DNA from: an uncultured Clostridia bacterium
GTDB taxonomy: Bacteria > Bacillota > Clostridia > TANB77 > CAG-508
Assembly (NCBI GenBank): GCA_934168365.1
Contig: CAKPNJ010000006.1
Location: 937-64,936 of the forward strand
DNA: 64,000 bases
Direction of reading: 5' to 3'
Part shown: positions 1 to 8,414 of the stretch, piece after piece
How the letters are laid out: the number at the start of each line of letters is the position of its first letter
Position numbering within the stretch: position 1 is the stretch's first letter
The notes under the pieces: generated by a model
Databases searched by the model: none
The model's input: the letters and a program-made list of their open reading frames with translations, nothing else
What the model was told of the DNA's origin: nothing
Position numbers and translations under genes: made by a program

Positions 1-105
1 ATCTATTTCAGCAACTTCTGCCATATTGTATACTGCCTTATGTTCTGTAATTTCGTGCCATATATTTCTTTGATTTAAAAAATCATATATTTCTTGTTTG
101 TTCAT
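1..105 (-). CDS. partial CDS (5' end only; gene continues beyond the window start): YbaK/ProX-family aminoacyl-tRNA deacylase-like protein
   Basis: The minus-strand ATG at 105-103 opens MNKQEIYDFLNQRNIWHEITEHKAVYNMAEVAEI, which resembles the N-terminus of YbaK/ProX editing proteins. The ORF runs off the window edge. Confidence 0.35.
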   Translation of the reverse strand, partial: MNKQEIYDFLNQRNIWHEITEHKAVYNMAEVAEID

Positions 106-287
106 GTTCTTAGCTCTCTTTCAATTTGTATTATTTAATTAACTTTTCAAAAGAATTTGCATTTAATATGTTGTTTGAAACAAATTCTCCTTATTAGACA
201 TATTCCCATGTACTGCTATAAAAACTTTACTGCTTTTTTCTCCCCATACTATCGATGGGATCTCATTTATTTTTGTTCTTTCTATTT

Positions 288-842
288 TCATTTAATATTA
301 GCCCCTTTATTGTTTAAGAAACATTCTTTATCATGTGAGTAAATCACGCCTATTGCTTGTAAATACGAGTATATAATTGTTGTTCCTACAAATTTCATTC
401 CTCTTTTTTGCAAATCTTTTGAAATTATATCTGATAGTCCTGAGCTTGTTTTTCCTATTTCATACACTACTTTGTTATTTGTAAAGCTCCAAATATAGTT
501 TGAAAATTTTTTGTATTCATTTTGTATTTCTTTAAATATTTTACTATTATTTATAGCTGCATTTATTTTTAATTTATTTCTTATAATATTTTTATTTTTT
601 AATAACTCTTGTATTTTTTTATCATCATAAGCAGATATTTTATCTATTTCAAAATTATCAAATGCTTTTCTAAAATCTTCTCTTTTGTTTAAGACACATT
701 CCCAAGATAAACCAGCTTGAAAAGATTCTAAGATTAGCATTTCATATAAATGTTTGTCATCATATATAGCTACTCCCCATTCTTTATCGTGGTACTCTAT
801 GTATTTTTCATTCTTTAAGTTACACCATTTACACCTTATCAT
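288..842 (-). CDS. tag: DNA-3-methyladenine glycosylase I
   Basis: 184 aa; the YHDKEWG motif and overall Tag family similarity. Its start overlaps the ogt stop as ATGA, indicating translational coupling. Confidence 0.85.
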   Translation of the reverse strand: MIRCKWCNLKNEKYIEYHDKEWGVAIYDDKHLYEMLILESFQAGLSWECVLNKREDFRKAFDNFEIDKISAYDDKKIQELLKNKNIIRNKLKINAAINNSKIFKEIQNEYKKFSNYIWSFTNNKVVYEIGKTSSGLSDIISKDLQKRGMKFVGTTIIYSYLQAIGVIYSHDKECFLNNKGANIK

Positions 843-1378
843 AATGCTGTACCTTTCTTTGGAACAAAATATTTACGCATGTCATTTCCTTCTAGTTTTA
901 GCAATTCTATTTTGTTTTTTATTCCTCCACCATATCCTGTTAAACTTCCATTTGTTCCAACTACTCTATGACATGGTATTATAATGCAGATAGGGTTTCA
1001 GCCAACTGCCCCGCCTACTGCTTGTGATGACATTCTTTTCAAGTTTCTTTTTTTAGCAATTATTTTTGATATATCATTATAGGTTACAACTTTTCCATAT
1101 TCAATAGAGTTCATTGTATCAATTACTTCTTGTCTAAAAGGAGTTAAGTTTTCTATTTTATATTTTGGTATAAAATTAGGATTTTTACCACTAAAATAAA
1201 TGTCTAGCCATTTACTCGTTTCTTTAAAAATTTCTAAATTCTTTTCTTCACAATTTACTGTGTGTTTAGAAGAATCTCTTGAATCTTCAAACCATAAACC
1301 TGTTAGGTATTCTCCATCGCTATTCATAATCATATTTGAAAAGTTTTCTGGAGTTTGATACACATATTTATATGTCAT
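839..1378 (-). pseudogene. ogt: methylated-DNA-protein-cysteine methyltransferase (Ogt/MGMT) interrupted by an in-frame TGA
   Basis: The 126-aa ORF ends ...[10 protein letters not shown] at the TGA (998-1000). The same frame continues for 52 codons as [25 protein letters not shown]..., the MGMT PCHR active-site region, down to the TGA at 839-841, which overlaps the tag start. Confidence 0.75.
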
Positions 1379-1457
1379 TTTGTTTTTCTCCTGTTATAAT
1401 ATACTTTCTTCACAGAGCACACTGTGCTCCGCTACAAGTTGCTATTTATAAAATTAA

Positions 1458-2033
1458 TTATTGATTTTCATACCATTTTGCAAATTCCTGCATCGCTTGT
1501 ACTGAACCGTCAATTTTTCTTCTATTCTCTCTTTCTTCTGAATCCATTTCTGCTAATGTTTTATTAAATCCTTTTGGCTTAAATATATACCATAAATCTG
1601 ACCATTTTTCTGCTCTGTCTAATCCTTGTATTTCTTCTGACAAATTTCCCGAATGTTTTCCATAAAAATAATGAATATCTTTTCCATCATGATAAGCTAA
1701 GCACTCGTTAAATGCACATTTTCTGTTTTCTTTTCCTTCCATTAGTTTTAAAATTCCATTTATTCCTATTGTATCTAATGAAAAATTTACAAATGCTCTA
1801 GGAAATCCATTTAACTCTTCAATTCTAAAGTCTGTATCTAAAGCTATACAAGGTTTCTTTACTATTGCAAAAGCCTCTTTCACTTTTGCAGTTGCTATTT
1901 CTTTTATATCATCACTTCTTGGTTCTGCTAATTCATAATTAAATGTACTAAATTTTAAATTTTTAAAATATTTTTCTGCCGATTTTATTTTTCCTGTATT
2001 ATGTGTTACAAAAACAATTTCATCCTTATTCAT
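1458..2033 (-). CDS. Ham1/RdgB-family non-canonical purine NTP pyrophosphatase (ITPase-like)
   Basis: 191 aa; the N-terminal IVFVTHNTGKIKS and the fold-level pattern are typical of the Ham1 family. Confidence 0.65.
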   Translation of the reverse strand: MNKDEIVFVTHNTGKIKSAEKYFKNLKFSTFNYELAEPRSDDIKEIATAKVKEAFAIVKKPCIALDTDFRIEELNGFPRAFVNFSLDTIGINGILKLMEGKENRKCAFNECLAYHDGKDIHYFYGKHSGNLSEEIQGLDRAEKWSDLWYIFKPKGFNKTLAEMDSEERENRRKIDGSVQAMQEFAKWYENQ

Positions 2034-2079
2034 ATTTAATTTTCCTTCTACAAATTACTATTTTGCTCATTCTATCACA

Positions 2080-2112
2080 AAAGCAGATAATTATCAACTA
2101 ACTATCTGCTTT
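2080..2112. repeat. palindromic intergenic element, family copy a (aaagcagata-loop-tatctgcttt); terminator-like
   Basis: A 10-bp perfect stem with a 13-nt loop, sitting between the HAD pseudogene 3' end and the Ham1 start. It shares its core with seven other copies in the window. Confidence 0.55.
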
Positions 2113-2140
2113 AAAAATTTTAATTTGTAGGGATGATTAT

Positions 2141-2747
2141 TTACTTTTTTAGTCCTTGATTATTTTTATTTTTTTCAGAATTATACACATATCTATAAAT
2201 TTCTCCCCATGAATTTACTTCTTTTAAATACTTATTTTCTTCCAACTTTTGTTTTTTTACATCTCTTAGATATAAAGTATTAACAAAATTATCTGATAAT
2301 TTTTTACATATCAAGTAATTATCATCTATCATTAAATCAATTTTTTCTTTTAGGCATATCTGTAATTTGTCTAAAACTTTCCAATAATATTTATCAAACT
2401 TCAAATTCTCTTTTTTTAATCTTTCTTCAGCTATTTTTTGCATTTCTACATTGTCATATCCTCTTGATGAAATGATTATAAGTTTATGTCCATTTTCTTT
2501 CAATAATTTAATAACTTCTTTAGCTCCGTGGCATAATGTTAACTATTTTAGATACTTGTAAAAAATATTTTTTTATAAATTTTTCACTTATATCTTTATT
2601 CCATCCGTATCTTTCTTCTAGGTTAAATTTATTTGTATTTAGAATTCCCTTGCCATTTAACTCTAGCAAATCATATAATTCTGCTCTAGTTCTTAATTCT
2701 TTTTCAAAATCAAGTAGTACTCCATCTACATCAATTCCAATTTGCAT
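2141..2747 (-). pseudogene. HAD-superfamily 5'(3')-deoxyribonucleotidase (NT5C-like), frameshifted
   Basis: ORF 2520-2747 gives IGIDVDGVLLDF (HAD motif I) and ends NIMPRS*. ORF 2141-2503 gives ...GAKEVIKLLKENGHKLIIISSRG... IDLMIDD (motifs II-IV) in a different frame. The second frame stays open upstream to 2543, so a +1/-1 shift near 2523-2545 splits one roughly 195-aa protein. Confidence 0.65.
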
Positions 2748-2784
2748 TATTATCGCACCCCATTTCGTTAAATAAAAGTTATCT

Positions 2785-3429
2785 TTACAATTCCATGAAA
2801 TCTCCCAATGTCAATTGTTGAGGTTCGCTATATTTTGTTTTTATTTTCGCAATATTTAATAACTCATCCAAATATATTATCTCATGCTTTCCTTTTTGTA
2901 GTTCAAGTAATTTTAAAAAGACTTCTGCTGTTAAAAAGCAATCAGAAAGAGCTCTATGCCTATTTTCTGGGATTCGTAATCCCAATGTGCTTGCCAAAGT
3001 ATCTAATTTGTAATTTGACAATTTTGGTAAAACATGTTTGGCTAATAAAATAGTATCTATTATTGGTGTTTTAGCTATTCCTTTACATTCATCTGTATAA
3101 TGAGATAAAATATTAGCTTCATATTTAGCATTTTGTGCAATAAATACATAGTCTTTTTTTGAACAAGATTTATCAATTATTCTCATTGCTCTTTTAGCAT
3201 CTATACCATGCATTAAATCTTGTTCTGTTATACCTGTTTGTGAAGTATCAAAACGCGTTAAGTGTAAACCTTCTGGTGGCTTAATCAGCCAATCAATTGA
3301 TGCATTATTATCTATTTTATTTTGTTTTATTCTTAATATTCCTACTTCTATTGGCTCTGGTGGTCTTCCTTTTGGAGTAATCGTTTCAAAATCTATTACT
3401 AAAAATTCTGTATCATCTATTAATTTCAT
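2785..3429 (-). CDS. DnaQ-like 3'-5' exonuclease (DEDDh family, Pol III epsilon-like)
   Basis: 214 aa; the FLVIDFETI (Exo I) motif and the HRALSD (Exo III) motif. Confidence 0.75.
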   Translation of the reverse strand: MKLIDDTEFLVIDFETITPKGRPPEPIEVGILRIKQNKIDNNASIDWLIKPPEGLHLTRFDTSQTGITEQDLMHGIDAKRAMRIIDKSCSKKDYVFIAQNAKYEANILSHYTDECKGIAKTPIIDTILLAKHVLPKLSNYKLDTLASTLGLRIPENRHRALSDCFLTAEVFLKLLELQKGKHEIIYLDELLNIAKIKTKYSEPQQLTLGDFMEL

Positions 3430-3437
3430 TATAAAAT

Positions 3438-3755
3438 CTAATCCTCCTCAACATCTTTTAAAAAGGTTTTGTTTTTGAAAGCTCCCTTTCTATTTCTCTT
3501 TTTGATTCTAACTTGTTCCACTTCTTCCATACTTGTACCTCTATATTCAAGTATTGCATAAATAACTTCCATTACATCTGCCATTTCTTCAACGCTATAA
3601 TCAGCTAAATATTCTTCTACTTCTTCTTTTAATTTTTTGTCTAATTCTTCTCCATATCTTTTATCGTCTAAGATTTCATATGTTACTTTGCAACCTTTAT
3701 CTTCCATTATTTTTACATTGTTATCTCTAATTAACTTATTATATGTATATAGCAT
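3438..3755 (-). CDS. MazG-like all-alpha nucleoside triphosphate pyrophosphohydrolase (house-cleaning NTP-PPase family)
   Basis: 105 aa; the YTYNKLIRDN N-terminus and an acidic EExxE core typical of small MazG/HisE-like NTP pyrophosphatases. It overlaps the DegT gene stop by 1 nt. Confidence 0.6.
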   Translation of the reverse strand: MLYTYNKLIRDNNVKIMEDKGCKVTYEILDDKRYGEELDKKLKEEVEEYLADYSVEEMADVMEVIYAILEYRGTSMEEVEQVRIKKRNRKGAFKNKTFLKDVEED

Positions 3756-4852
3756 TAATTTTCCTCCTTTACTATTTGATTTATTTTTGAAATTATTTCG
3801 TTCATTTTATCTCTATCCATATTTTCCATTAAGGATAAAGCAACTATCTTGCTAAACAATTTATGACTATTAGGTGTTTTCATTCTATCATAACTAACTA
3901 AGTTTTTACAATACTCTTGTATTACTTTCCTTTCATTCGCAGGAATTAATCCGAAAGTTCCTGTACTGTTTATTACTCTATTTTTATTTAATTTCTTTGC
4001 AATATCTAGACCTTTATCATGTAAAAAAATTGGTGAAAAATAATTAGAATTCTCATTGTCGTAATAATTGTATATGTTTACTCCTGTTATATTTTTAATT
4101 TGTTCATATATATATTTAGTTTGATTTTTTCTAAAATTAATTTTATCTTTTAAATCTTTTAAATTATATATACCTAATAGTGCTTGCATCTCAGTTATTC
4201 TATAATTCCATCCAATTTCAGAGAACGACTTACTTGTGTCTCTTATATTAGTACAATGATTTCTCAATAATCTACATCTTTCAGCTAATTCATCGTCATC
4301 GGTTAATATAAATCCACCTTCACCAGTTGCTAATATTTTACCATTTTTCATACTAAAGCATCCAAATTTCCCAAAAGTTCCCAAATATTTGTTATTCCAC
4401 TTTGAGCCATGAGCTTGACAAGCATCTTCTATAATTTCTATATTATATTCTTTAGCAAAATCAATTAATTTGTCTAAATTATAACTGCACCCCCATAAAT
4501 AAACAGGTATTACTGCTTTTGTTTTATTAGATGCTTTTCTTTTCAGATCATCATAATCAAAATCAATATTATTTTCTTGACAATCAACAAATATAGGTAT
4601 AGCCCTTTGGTACAATATAGGAATAACAGACATTATAACAGCATTAGCAGGTACTAATACTTCATCTCCCTCTTTAATATTCAAAGCTGCTAATGATAAA
4701 TGTATTGCAGATGTACCATTTGCTACAGCTATGGCATTTTTTACTGAAAAGAAATCTTTTAATTTTTCTTCAAAAATTGGAATATATTTATCTGGCTTAC
4801 AAGGATTAAATTCATTTTTTATTAAATTTTCTATATTAATAATATCTTTCAT
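3755..4852 (-). CDS. DegT/DnrJ/EryC1/StrS-family PLP-dependent aminotransferase
   Basis: 365 aa; the motif FSMKNGKILATGEGG (PLP-lysine followed by GEGG) and overall family similarity. Confidence 0.8.
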   Translation of the reverse strand: MKDIINIENLIKNEFNPCKPDKYIPIFEEKLKDFFSVKNAIAVANGTSAIHLSLAALNIKEGDEVLVPANAVIMSVIPILYQRAIPIFVDCQENNIDFDYDDLKRKASNKTKAVIPVYLWGCSYNLDKLIDFAKEYNIEIIEDACQAHGSKWNNKYLGTFGKFGCFSMKNGKILATGEGGFILTDDDELAERCRLLRNHCTNIRDTSKSFSEIGWNYRITEMQALLGIYNLKDLKDKINFRKNQTKYIYEQIKNITGVNIYNYYDNENSNYFSPIFLHDKGLDIAKKLNKNRVINSTGTFGLIPANERKVIQEYCKNLVSYDRMKTPNSHKLFSKIVALSLMENMDRDKMNEIISKINQIVKEEN

Positions 4853-4867
4853 AATAGCCTCCTTAAT

Positions 4868-5836
4868 TTACAATATTTCATCAAAAGCCATTAATTGCCA
4901 CATATTTACACAATCCTCTGAAAAATTATGGCATTCTTTTATTTTTAACTTTTTATTAATAAATATATCTTCTAAATTTGAATCAGATAATCTAATTGAT
5001 GTAGTTTCTCTAGGTATCATTTTACTAGATGGGCAAGCATGTATACTACCATCAGGTGTAATAAAAAATAGACTATCTCCAGCAAAGCAATTATTAATAC
5101 AGTTATTATAATGTTTTATTGATTCCAACATTTTTTTAACATAATCTTTATTAGGTAATTTTGTTTTTGAAACATTACTATACATTCTCTGTATTATTTT
5201 TTCTAATTCGATGGCATCATTTTCATCTAAAGTCAATTCTTTATATAATTTTTCGTCTTCATTTAAAAATATAGGTTGAAAAATAAAATAATCAGACTTT
5301 AAATCTGTTACAAATTTATAAGTTTGTTCTAAATCTTTCAAATTCAATTTTGTTAAGACCGTATAAATTCCTATTTTTACATTTGAATTTTCTTTTAAGA
5401 TTTTTATTCCTTTTACAACTCTATCAAAGCCATCATTTGCTGGATATTGTCTATATGTATCATTATATTCTTTTTTATATGAGTCTAAAGAAATTGACAG
5501 TGCATCTACTTTACTCTCTATTATATCTTTATAGCATTTATCTATTAAATAGCCGTTGGTGCATAATATAACTTGGATATTATGTTCTTTAATCTTCTTA
5601 ATTATTTCTAAAGTTTTTATATAATTGGATAAAGGTTCTGCCCCCGCAATAAAAATTCTTTTTACATTATATTTTTCTAACCTTTTTATAAAATCAAAGA
5701 TTATTGCATCATCAATATCTGCATTATTAGCTGTATTTTTATTATTTATAGGATTATTATCTTCTGAAAAGTCCAAATAACAATACTTACAATGAAAACT
5801 ACATTTAGAACTTAAAGCCCATAAAATTGTATTCAT
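4868..5836 (-). CDS. radical SAM enzyme with a C-terminal SPASM/twitch Fe-S domain
   Basis: 322 aa; CSFHCKYC (CxxxCxxC) at residues 11-18, a GAEPL SAM-binding motif, and a C-terminal Cys-rich region (CINNCFAGDSLFFITPDGSIHACPS, CHNFSEDC). Confidence 0.8.
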   Translation of the reverse strand: MNTILWALSSKCSFHCKYCYLDFSEDNNPINNKNTANNADIDDAIIFDFIKRLEKYNVKRIFIAGAEPLSNYIKTLEIIKKIKEHNIQVILCTNGYLIDKCYKDIIESKVDALSISLDSYKKEYNDTYRQYPANDGFDRVVKGIKILKENSNVKIGIYTVLTKLNLKDLEQTYKFVTDLKSDYFIFQPIFLNEDEKLYKELTLDENDAIELEKIIQRMYSNVSKTKLPNKDYVKKMLESIKHYNNCINNCFAGDSLFFITPDGSIHACPSSKMIPRETTSIRLSDSNLEDIFINKKLKIKECHNFSEDCVNMWQLMAFDEIL

Positions 5837-5839
5837 TTT

Positions 5840-6505
5840 TTATCTCCTTTCATCTAAATTTTTTTCTTCTATAACATCTTGCATTCTGTGCAATATTTGC
5901 TCTGAATTCTCTTTGCCAATATCTAATTTTATAAATCTTTCTGGGTGTATGTCTGCATAAATTAAGTAAAATTTATCAACTGCTTTTAACAACTTGGCTT
6001 CATCTGGTTTATATGGTATGCCATCTCTCTTTTCTGCTCTACTAATGGCTAAGTCAGGATTTCCATATAATAAAAATGTCTTTTCTGGTAATCGTCTAAA
6101 ACTACCAGCAAAAGAATATATCTTTTCTGCTATTTCTAATGGATTTCCACCATTTTTCTGTGCAATTAATATGGCCTGATATAAAGCTATTGTGTCTACA
6201 CTTCTATCTTCTATTACTGTTTTACCTGATTCTAATGCTTTTTTTATTGTACTTTCATATTTGTACATTGACCTTGACAATAGTAGCATTGTTTCCGTCA
6301 ATGGTACCCCCATATTAAAAAATCTATCTTTTGTATGATAAAGTGCTGAAAAAATTTTTTTATTAAGTCCTTCTTGAGCTTCATTAAAAATTTCTTTTAC
6401 AAATAAGACATCATCTCTGTTTTTAATACTTTTTTCTAGCTGTTCTCTATAAAAAGTTTTTCCTGTTCCACTTATTCCTTCTAAACTTAATAATCTACCA
6501 TTCAT
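5840..6505 (-). CDS. thymidylate kinase-like (d)NMP kinase
   Basis: P-loop EGISGTGKT and a DRSVDTIALYQ motif, matching the Tmk DRxxxSxxAYQ pattern. The start is set at MNGRLL (6505) because a GGAGG RBS sits 7 nt upstream. The longest ORF would begin with TTG at 6541. Confidence 0.7.
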   Translation of the reverse strand: MNGRLLSLEGISGTGKTFYREQLEKSIKNRDDVLFVKEIFNEAQEGLNKKIFSALYHTKDRFFNMGVPLTETMLLLSRSMYKYESTIKKALESGKTVIEDRSVDTIALYQAILIAQKNGGNPLEIAEKIYSFAGSFRRLPEKTFLLYGNPDLAISRAEKRDGIPYKPDEAKLLKAVDKFYLIYADIHPERFIKLDIGKENSEQILHRMQDVIEEKNLDERR

Positions 6506-6518
6506 TTCTTCTCCTCCT

Positions 6519-7004
6519 TTACATTTCCCATGGAAATACAACCCAACCTCTTACACTTTTTCCTATGTATTCTATTTCATCCTTATAGTTATTTTTATTA
6601 CTTTTTTCCCAATTTTCCTCATTAACTATGCAAATTGCTGTTCTTATTTCTTTAGGTTTCCATTTTTTTACTTCCTCTTTAATTTTTTTAATTGTTGCGC
6701 CACTTCCTAATATATCATCAACGATTAAAACTTTTTTTCCTTTAATGTTTGAGAGATTTATATTTTTATCAATTATAGGTTCCTGCTTAATGGCATTTAT
6801 TTCATCGTTTAGTGTCTCTATTGATTTAATATTTTCAACATTTCTTACATTTAATTTATGGGCTAAAATGACACTAGGAATCATTCCTCCTCTTACTATT
6901 GAAATTATTATTTCAGTTTTGTAAGTTTTTTCTATATTACTACCCATATATTTAATTATATCTGTGATTTCTTTCCAACTTATATAATTAATATTGTTAT
7001 TCAT
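6519..7004 (-). CDS. type I phosphoribosyltransferase (purine/7-deazapurine PRTase-like)
   Basis: PRPP-binding motif VLIVDDILGSGAT. The start is set at MNNNINY (7004) because of a GGAGG RBS, and it overlaps the queC stop as ATGAATAA. Confidence 0.7.
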   Translation of the reverse strand: MNNNINYISWKEITDIIKYMGSNIEKTYKTEIIISIVRGGMIPSVILAHKLNVRNVENIKSIETLNDEINAIKQEPIIDKNINLSNIKGKKVLIVDDILGSGATIKKIKEEVKKWKPKEIRTAICIVNEENWEKSNKNNYKDEIEYIGKSVRGWVVFPWEM

Positions 7005-7602
7005 TATTTCCTCCAACATTTTTATTTTTTAAATATTTTTCCAATCCGTTAAATTTCATTTTACAAGAAAGACATTTTTTACAATGCTTATCTTGTCTAT
7101 TCCAACAAGAGAATGTTTTATTTTCTATAAATTCTAAGTATCCCAATTTATCAGCAATTCCCCATATTTCAGCTTTATCCAATTTTATAAGTGGTGCTTC
7201 TATATTAATATTGTTTCCAATTGCTATCTTTATCGTAGTCTTTAAGTTTTCAAAAAATTCTATTGAACAATCTGGATGACTACTATTTCCAGCTAAACCA
7301 CATATAACATTATTGATGCCATTAGCATTAGCATAAATTGTTGCTAAAGAAATCAAAATTAAATTTCTTCCTTCAAAATTATTACTTTTAGAAATGTCTT
7401 GTAATACACCAATGTCATATATTTTATGTTCAATCTCTAATTCTTTACAAATCTGCTTTGCACATTCTATATCTTTTTTATATTTGTTATTATATATAAA
7501 TGATATTGCATGAACATTCTCTTTTCTAAATTTATTAATTGCCATTAATAAACAAGTTGTACTATCTTGTCCTCCTGATAAAATAACTAATGCATTATCC
7601 AT
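6997..7602 (-). CDS. queC: 7-cyano-7-deazaguanine synthase QueC (PP-loop ATPase)
   Basis: 201 aa; the ALVILSGGQDSTTCL PP-loop and a C-terminal Zn-binding CxxC...C cluster (CWNRQDKHCKKCLSC). Confidence 0.8.
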   Translation of the reverse strand: MDNALVILSGGQDSTTCLLMAINKFRKENVHAISFIYNNKYKKDIECAKQICKELEIEHKIYDIGVLQDISKSNNFEGRNLILISLATIYANANGINNVICGLAGNSSHPDCSIEFFENLKTTIKIAIGNNINIEAPLIKLDKAEIWGIADKLGYLEFIENKTFSCWNRQDKHCKKCLSCKMKFNGLEKYLKNKNVGGNNE

Positions 7603-7617
7603 ATTTTCCCCCTGAAT

Positions 7618-8286
7618 TTAAAAAATATTGTATTTAATATTATTGTCGTATACATCTTCATTTTCTATTTGTTTAACCTTACTAATTACTTTATATGTAA
7701 TCGGTGTGGCAATAATTTCTATTAATATTTTAAATATAGCTTGGTTTATTATCATATTTATTAGTACTTCGTTTGGAATTTGTCCCAAAAAAGCAATTGT
7801 AATAAAGATTATAGTATCTATTGCCTCTCCAAATATTGTCGAAGTTATAGTCCTTAGTGCTAAAAATTTCCCTTTTGTTGCTACCTTTAATTTTGATAGT
7901 ATAATTGAGTTCAAGAAGTTTCCAAATAAAAATCCAGCTAATGAAGCTACTAAATTTCTTGGTGTTGTACCTAAGACTATGTTATATTCATCTGAATTTT
8001 CAAAAGTAACTGGATATGGTAGTTTTAATACTAGCATAAATATTAACACCATTATTAAATTACATATAAAACTTAACCAGATTATTTTTTTGTTTTTATT
8101 AAAACCATAGACTTCTGTAAATATATCACTTAAAATATATGTAAATGGAAATACGATTACTGCACCTGTTAAAGAAATATTACATATAGATATTAATCTT
8201 CCTGCTAAAATATTAGAAATCAAAATCAAAGTAATATATAAACTTGTAAATATTAAAAATATTTTTGATATATTATCTTTTTTCAT
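7618..8286 (-). CDS. yhhQ: YhhQ/DUF165-family queuosine-precursor (preQ0/preQ1) transporter
   Basis: 222 aa, multi-TM; the conserved VFPFTYILSDIFTEVYG motif of the YhhQ family, and a GGAGG RBS. Confidence 0.75.
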   Translation of the reverse strand: MKKDNISKIFLIFTSLYITLILISNILAGRLISICNISLTGAVIVFPFTYILSDIFTEVYGFNKNKKIIWLSFICNLIMVLIFMLVLKLPYPVTFENSDEYNIVLGTTPRNLVASLAGFLFGNFLNSIILSKLKVATKGKFLALRTITSTIFGEAIDTIIFITIAFLGQIPNEVLINMIINQAIFKILIEIIATPITYKVISKVKQIENEDVYDNNIKYNIF

Positions 8287-8337
8287 ATAACCTCCATATA
8301 GTTTTTAATAAAATTATTTTATTTGACCATATAAAAA

Positions 8338-8369
8338 AGAAGAAATAAGTATAAATACTTTTTCTTCTT
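8338..8369 (-). promoter_or_regulatory. leader hairpin followed by a U-run (attenuator or terminator-like) in the 5' UTR of the yhhQ operon; possible riboswitch expression platform
   Basis: Minus-sense AAGAAGAAAAAGUAUUUAUACUUAUUUCUUCUUUUUU, lying between the promoter and the RBS. Confidence 0.3.
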
Positions 8370-8385
8370 TAGTGACTCTTTTAAA

Positions 8386-8414
8386 ATTATACATTATTTT
8401 CCAATATTTTTCAA
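8386..8414 (-). promoter_or_regulatory. sigma-A type promoter for the yhhQ-queC-...-HAD operon
   Basis: Minus-sense TTGAAA, a 17-nt spacer, then TATAAT, about 100 nt upstream of the yhhQ start. Confidence 0.45.

Noticed and set aside
157-342. 61-aa plus-strand ORF at 157-342 and 76-aa ORF at 754-984
   Set aside because: Low-complexity translations; the ORFs overlap the tag and ogt genes on the other strand and lie in an AT-rich promoter region. No RBS.
839-1378. TGA read as a sense codon (genetic code 4 or 25) to explain the in-frame TGA in ogt
   Set aside because: Trp is encoded by TGG throughout. Long conserved ORFs such as metG, argS and glmM are not interrupted by TGA, and several genes terminate with TGA. 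The standard code fits the rest of the window.
7628-8110. Plus-strand ORFs lying inside minus-strand genes (for example 7628-8110, 18174-18425, 20684-21082, 26999-27430, 53223-53444, 63630-63965)
   Set aside because: They are shadow ORFs antisense to well-supported genes, have low-complexity hydrophobic translations and no RBS. The shared TPTAIPSGIL tails of 18174-18425 and 26999-27430 merely reflect the two zupT paralogues on the opposite strand.
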